From an uncultured archaeon (lineage in GTDB: Archaea > Thermoproteota > Nitrososphaeria > Nitrososphaerales > Gagatemarchaeaceae), in NCBI GenBank assembly GCA_963817525.1, contig CAWFOU010000007.1, positions 1,056,001 through 1,120,000 on the forward strand: a stretch of DNA of 64,000 bases, in the 5' to 3' direction. Both the position numbers and the translations under genes were made by a program. Under the pieces are notes generated by a model. That model made no database searches and had not been told where the DNA came from. It was given only the letters and a program-made list of their open reading frames with translations. Shown piece after piece: positions 60,711-64,000 of the stretch (the first letter of the stretch is position 1; every line of letters begins with the position of its first letter).

Positions 60711-61097
60711 TCAAAGACGCGGTCGCTCTCTTGCGGGGCGCCTTGCCTTGACCTTCTCGGCCGCGCGAGGGACCTGCCTCAGCTCGTCGAAGATGTCCCC
60801 GTAGGCCTTCTCGAAGTATTCCATCGACCGTTCGAGGGTGGCCTTCCCCTCCGTCGTCAGCTCGTAGACCGAGTTTCGCCCCTGTTGGCTGGCCACTATC
60901 AGGCGACGGGCAGCCAGGTCCTTGAGGGCCGGGTAGATCGTCCCCGGGTTGGGCTTGTCGCCCCGGCGGTTCCCTATCTCGGTGGCGAGCTCCTGTCCGT
61001 ACATCGACCGCCTGGACAGCAGCCAAAGGATGGTGAAGGACAGCATGCCGCGCATGTCGCACATCTCGTGCCCTTCGTCTTCTTTGGCTGTCTTCAT
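60711..61097 (-). CDS. PadR family regulator
   Basis: MRGML...IL.LL, YG, PGTIYPAL, Y.LT..G. Confidence 0.9.
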   Translation of the reverse strand: MKTAKEDEGHEMCDMRGMLSFTILWLLSRRSMYGQELATEIGNRRGDKPNPGTIYPALKDLAARRLIVASQQGRNSVYELTTEGKATLERSMEYFEKAYGDIFDELRQVPRAAEKVKARRPARERPRL

Positions 61098-61210
61098 CTG
61101 TCAGGACTGTTCCCTACACTCCCCTCCGCAATTATAAGGATATGGGGCGACCAATACCACAGTCTTTATATTGGACGTCCCATACTAAAGACTTAGGCGA
61201 AAAATCAGGC

Positions 61211-62314
61211 TTGTCTAGCCTCATCGGGGGCGTCGGCGCGGGCACAGTCATCACCGGGGTCTACTACGTGCTCCTCTTCGTGTTGATATTCTACGGCGGG
61301 AGCATCCAGGCCCGCCTCTCCTTGGGGAACATAGGCAAGTCCCTCGGGCGCCTAGAGTCGATGAGGGACAAGGCGAAGAGAGACGTCGTGGACTACTTCA
61401 AGCTCAAGGGCTCTCCGGAGGGCGCCGTCGCAGAGAATGTGGACCGCTTCCTCGAATACGTCACGATAATGCCGGTGGACATGGACCCCGCGGGGATCGT
61501 CGGGAAGATAGGACACATCGCCGAGACTAGCGACGACAGGGCGAGGGCGGAGATCGAGGGCATCATGAGCGGGGCCGACCCGGTCTCGCTCTCGGTGGCC
61601 CAGAACATGCTAGAGCTCGCCAGCGGCCTGAACACCATCCACAAGGTCGTGAGACACTACTACCTTCTCGGCAGGAAGGCCGGCTCGTCGTTCTCGCTGA
61701 TGCAGCTTCAGATGAGCCTCCCACAGATCATGGAGCAAGCCAGCGCGATGTCCAAGGCGATGGACTCCATCAAGACGGGCATGCCCATCGGCGACGGGGT
61801 GGGGCCGCTTGTCGCGTCCAAGTTCCTCGGCGACGCACCGAAGCAGACCGTCGCCAAGGACACGGTCGTGGGGAGGACGGCCCTCGACGGGAGGGCGCTC
61901 TACATCATGAAGGCGGAGGGGCCGATGGGGTACGTCGGGCAGCCGGGAGTCGGGTTGCAGCGCATCGTGGAGGAGATGAACGTCCCCCTCTCGGCGATAA
62001 TCATGGTGGACGCCGCCTCAAAGCTAGAGGGCGAAGAGACCGGCGAGGTGGTGGAGGGGGTCGGGGCGGCGATAGGAGGGCTCGGCGTGGAGAAGTTCCA
62101 GATCGAGGATGTCGCGACCAGGCACAACATCCCCATCTACGCCATCCTGGTCAAGGAGGGAGACCTCGACGTGATGGCGACAATGAAGAAGGAGATAGCC
62201 GAGGGCGCGGAGAAGGCCGTGAGCCTCGTGAAGCGGATAATCCAGGAGAGGACGAAGGAAGGAGACGCGGTCCTCCTAGCGGGCATCGGAAACACCCTGG
62301 GCGTGGGGCAGTAG
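61211..62314 (+). CDS. DUF1512-like archaeal protein
   Basis: PVDMDP.GI, K.VRHY, PIGDG.GPLVA, VDAA.KLEGE.TG, GIGNT.GVGQ. Confidence 0.8.
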   Translation: MSSLIGGVGAGTVITGVYYVLLFVLIFYGGSIQARLSLGNIGKSLGRLESMRDKAKRDVVDYFKLKGSPEGAVAENVDRFLEYVTIMPVDMDPAGIVGKIGHIAETSDDRARAEIEGIMSGADPVSLSVAQNMLELASGLNTIHKVVRHYYLLGRKAGSSFSLMQLQMSLPQIMEQASAMSKAMDSIKTGMPIGDGVGPLVASKFLGDAPKQTVAKDTVVGRTALDGRALYIMKAEGPMGYVGQPGVGLQRIVEEMNVPLSAIIMVDAASKLEGEETGEVVEGVGAAIGGLGVEKFQIEDVATRHNIPIYAILVKEGDLDVMATMKKEIAEGAEKAVSLVKRIIQERTKEGDAVLLAGIGNTLGVGQ

Positions 62315-62324
62315 GCGAGCGAAG

Positions 62325-63287
62325 ATGGCGAAGCTCGACCCACGGCTCTCTACGCGCGCCACCGCTGACGCGCCCTTCGTGATGCACGAGGGCATGCGCC
62401 TCGGCGCCCCCACCCTGCGTGTGAGGCGCCTTCAGCCGGTCCTCGATTTTTACGTGGGCCGCCTCGGGCTGAGCCCGAGGGTGAGGGAGGACGGAGCCTC
62501 GGCCCTGAGGACCGTGGAGCTGGAGTTCGAGGGCGTCCCCGGCCAGACACTGCTGACCCTGAGGGAGGACCCAAAGGCGAGGCGGCCCCGGCCCGACTTT
62601 GCGGGCCTCTACCATTATGCCATCCTCGTGCCCGACAGGAGGAGCCTCGCCTCGACCCTGATCGCAATAGCGAACTCAGGGGTAGCCTACGATGGCTTCG
62701 CCGACCACCAAGTCAGCGAGGCGCTCTACCTTCACGACGTCGAGGCGAACGGGATGGAGATCTACGCTGACAGGCCCAAGATCGCCTGGATGGACTGGAA
62801 GAAGATAGGCGAGCGGATGGCGGCGACCGGGGACATGTCGCTCTTAGCTCCGATGAGCCAGCCCCTCGACTCTGATTCGCTCCTAGGCGAGCTCGGGCGA
62901 GACGCCGCCCGGGCGAAGCCTACCTCGTTCCCAACGGGCGCGAGGATTGGGCACATGCACCTCAGGGTGACCGACCTGAAGAGGTCCGTGGAATTCTACC
63001 ACGAGAAGCTCGGGCTGGACGTCATGATGAACATCCCCAAGATGGGCGCGGCCTTCCTCTCTGCCGGAGGGTATCACCACCACATAGGGCTCAACACCTG
63101 GCACAGCCTCGGCGGCACGCCGCACGAGGAGGGCGAAGCCGGGCTGGAGGAGTTCAAGGTCGTCGTGCCCAACGAGAGCGTACTCAGGGAGGTCTCGAGG
63201 CGCCTTCCCGACGCCCAAGCAGAAGGCGGGTCGCTCACGGTGACTGACCCCGACGGCATCCGGATATCGCTCGTCTCGCAGGCCTGA
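62325..63287 (+). CDS. VOC/glyoxalase family, CatE-like catechol 2,3-dioxygenase
   Basis: GLYH.A.L.P.R, DH.VSEALY..D...NG.EIY.D, GH.HL, GGYHHHIGLN.W. Confidence 0.88.
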   Translation: MAKLDPRLSTRATADAPFVMHEGMRLGAPTLRVRRLQPVLDFYVGRLGLSPRVREDGASALRTVELEFEGVPGQTLLTLREDPKARRPRPDFAGLYHYAILVPDRRSLASTLIAIANSGVAYDGFADHQVSEALYLHDVEANGMEIYADRPKIAWMDWKKIGERMAATGDMSLLAPMSQPLDSDSLLGELGRDAARAKPTSFPTGARIGHMHLRVTDLKRSVEFYHEKLGLDVMMNIPKMGAAFLSAGGYHHHIGLNTWHSLGGTPHEEGEAGLEEFKVVVPNESVLREVSRRLPDAQAEGGSLTVTDPDGIRISLVSQA

Positions 63288-63334
63288 AGCCCAGCGGGAA
63301 CTGCTTATAGGGCGCAGCAAGTGGGTTCGGGGGA

Positions 63335-64000
63335 ATGCCCACCGTCGACGTCGGAGGCGTCTCGCTATACTACGAGCAGGCAGGCAGCGGTGTGCCCGTC
63401 GTCTTCTCCCACGGGATTCCCACCGACTACCGGGCGTGGAACGCCCAGGTCAAGGCGTTCTCCCAGAGGTACCTGACGGTGGCCTACAGCAGGAGGTACG
63501 CCGCCCCCAACACGAGGCAGGGAGACGTCAGGGACAGCACCATCGCAGCCAACGCGGCCGACCTGAAAGGGCTGATCGAGACCCTCGGGATAGCGCCCGT
63601 CCACCTCGTAGGTCACTCCTACGGCGGGTTCACGGCCGCCTACCTCGCGGCCGAGCACCCTGACCTCGTCCGCACACTCGTGCTCGTGGAGCCCGCGATC
63701 GCCACCCTCCTGGTGGAGGACCCGAACAGCTCCGGTCAGATGTTCGCCCTGCTTATCGGGAACCCTGGCGTCGCCCTCTCCGCGAGGCGCTTCCAGTCCG
63801 GGTCTCTAGTCCCCTCCCTGAAGGCGCTTGACGCAGGCCAGGAGAAGAAGGCGGTCGTGCTAAACGTCGACGGCGTCCAGAACAAGGTCGGGGCGTTCGC
63901 CGAGCTCCCGGACCCTGTGAAGACGATGATGCTAGACAACGCCAAGACGATAGCGGAGCTGAGGACGAGGCTCCCGCCCTTCAAGAGCCAGACCGCCGAC
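63335..64000 (+). CDS. Alpha/beta hydrolase, truncated by the window edge
   Basis: Manual translation MPTVDVGGVSLYYEQAGSG.PVVFSHG...GHSYGG...LVLVEP. Confidence 0.88.
   Translation, partial: MPTVDVGGVSLYYEQAGSGVPVVFSHGIPTDYRAWNAQVKAFSQRYLTVAYSRRYAAPNTRQGDVRDSTIAANAADLKGLIETLGIAPVHLVGHSYGGFTAAYLAAEHPDLVRTLVLVEPAIATLLVEDPNSSGQMFALLIGNPGVALSARRFQSGSLVPSLKALDAGQEKKAVVLNVDGVQNKVGAFAELPDPVKTMMLDNAKTIAELRTRLPPFKSQTAD

Noticed and set aside
1-64000. CRISPR arrays, tRNA/rRNA, provirus or defence genes
   Set aside because: None recognised by eye; tRNAscan-SE and Infernal were not run, so small RNAs may be missed.

Overview
GC-rich archaeal DNA. The gene content (CDC48, DUF1512, AsnC-TRASH copper regulator, Grs-like radical SAM, Thermococcales-type HypA/HypB) and the TATA boxes about 30 bp upstream of frequent TTG/GTG starts suggest a non-ammonia-oxidising Nitrososphaerota or related TACK archaeon from an acidic habitat; this is inference. 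Blocks in order: (1) 1-7 kb, N-compound uptake and catabolism plus a secreted G1 glutamic peptidase. (2) 8-14 kb, a CuA-type cupredoxin, a membrane polyferredoxin and paired 'ASCC' membrane proteins. (3) 14-25 kb, an inverted duplication of USP plus a stand-alone, shortened A/V-ATPase subunit I, enclosing a B12 radical SAM gene and a NiCoT transporter. (4) A complete 1,160-bp IS with 17-bp TIRs and an 8-bp TSD. (5) A Tat-exported group 1 [NiFe]-hydrogenase operon with non-canonical metal-binding motifs, with hyp genes interleaved with a DsrE-TusA-SQR sulfur module. (6) Two Tat-exported flavoproteins with a putative DOMON-like partner. (7) A copper-resistance locus with a shared palindromic operator. 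(8) Ferritin-like, LigD-PE, CDC48, ABC and other genes. About ten single-base indels break otherwise intact genes and most likely are sequencing errors. All calls come from motif recognition by eye; no database searches were run.
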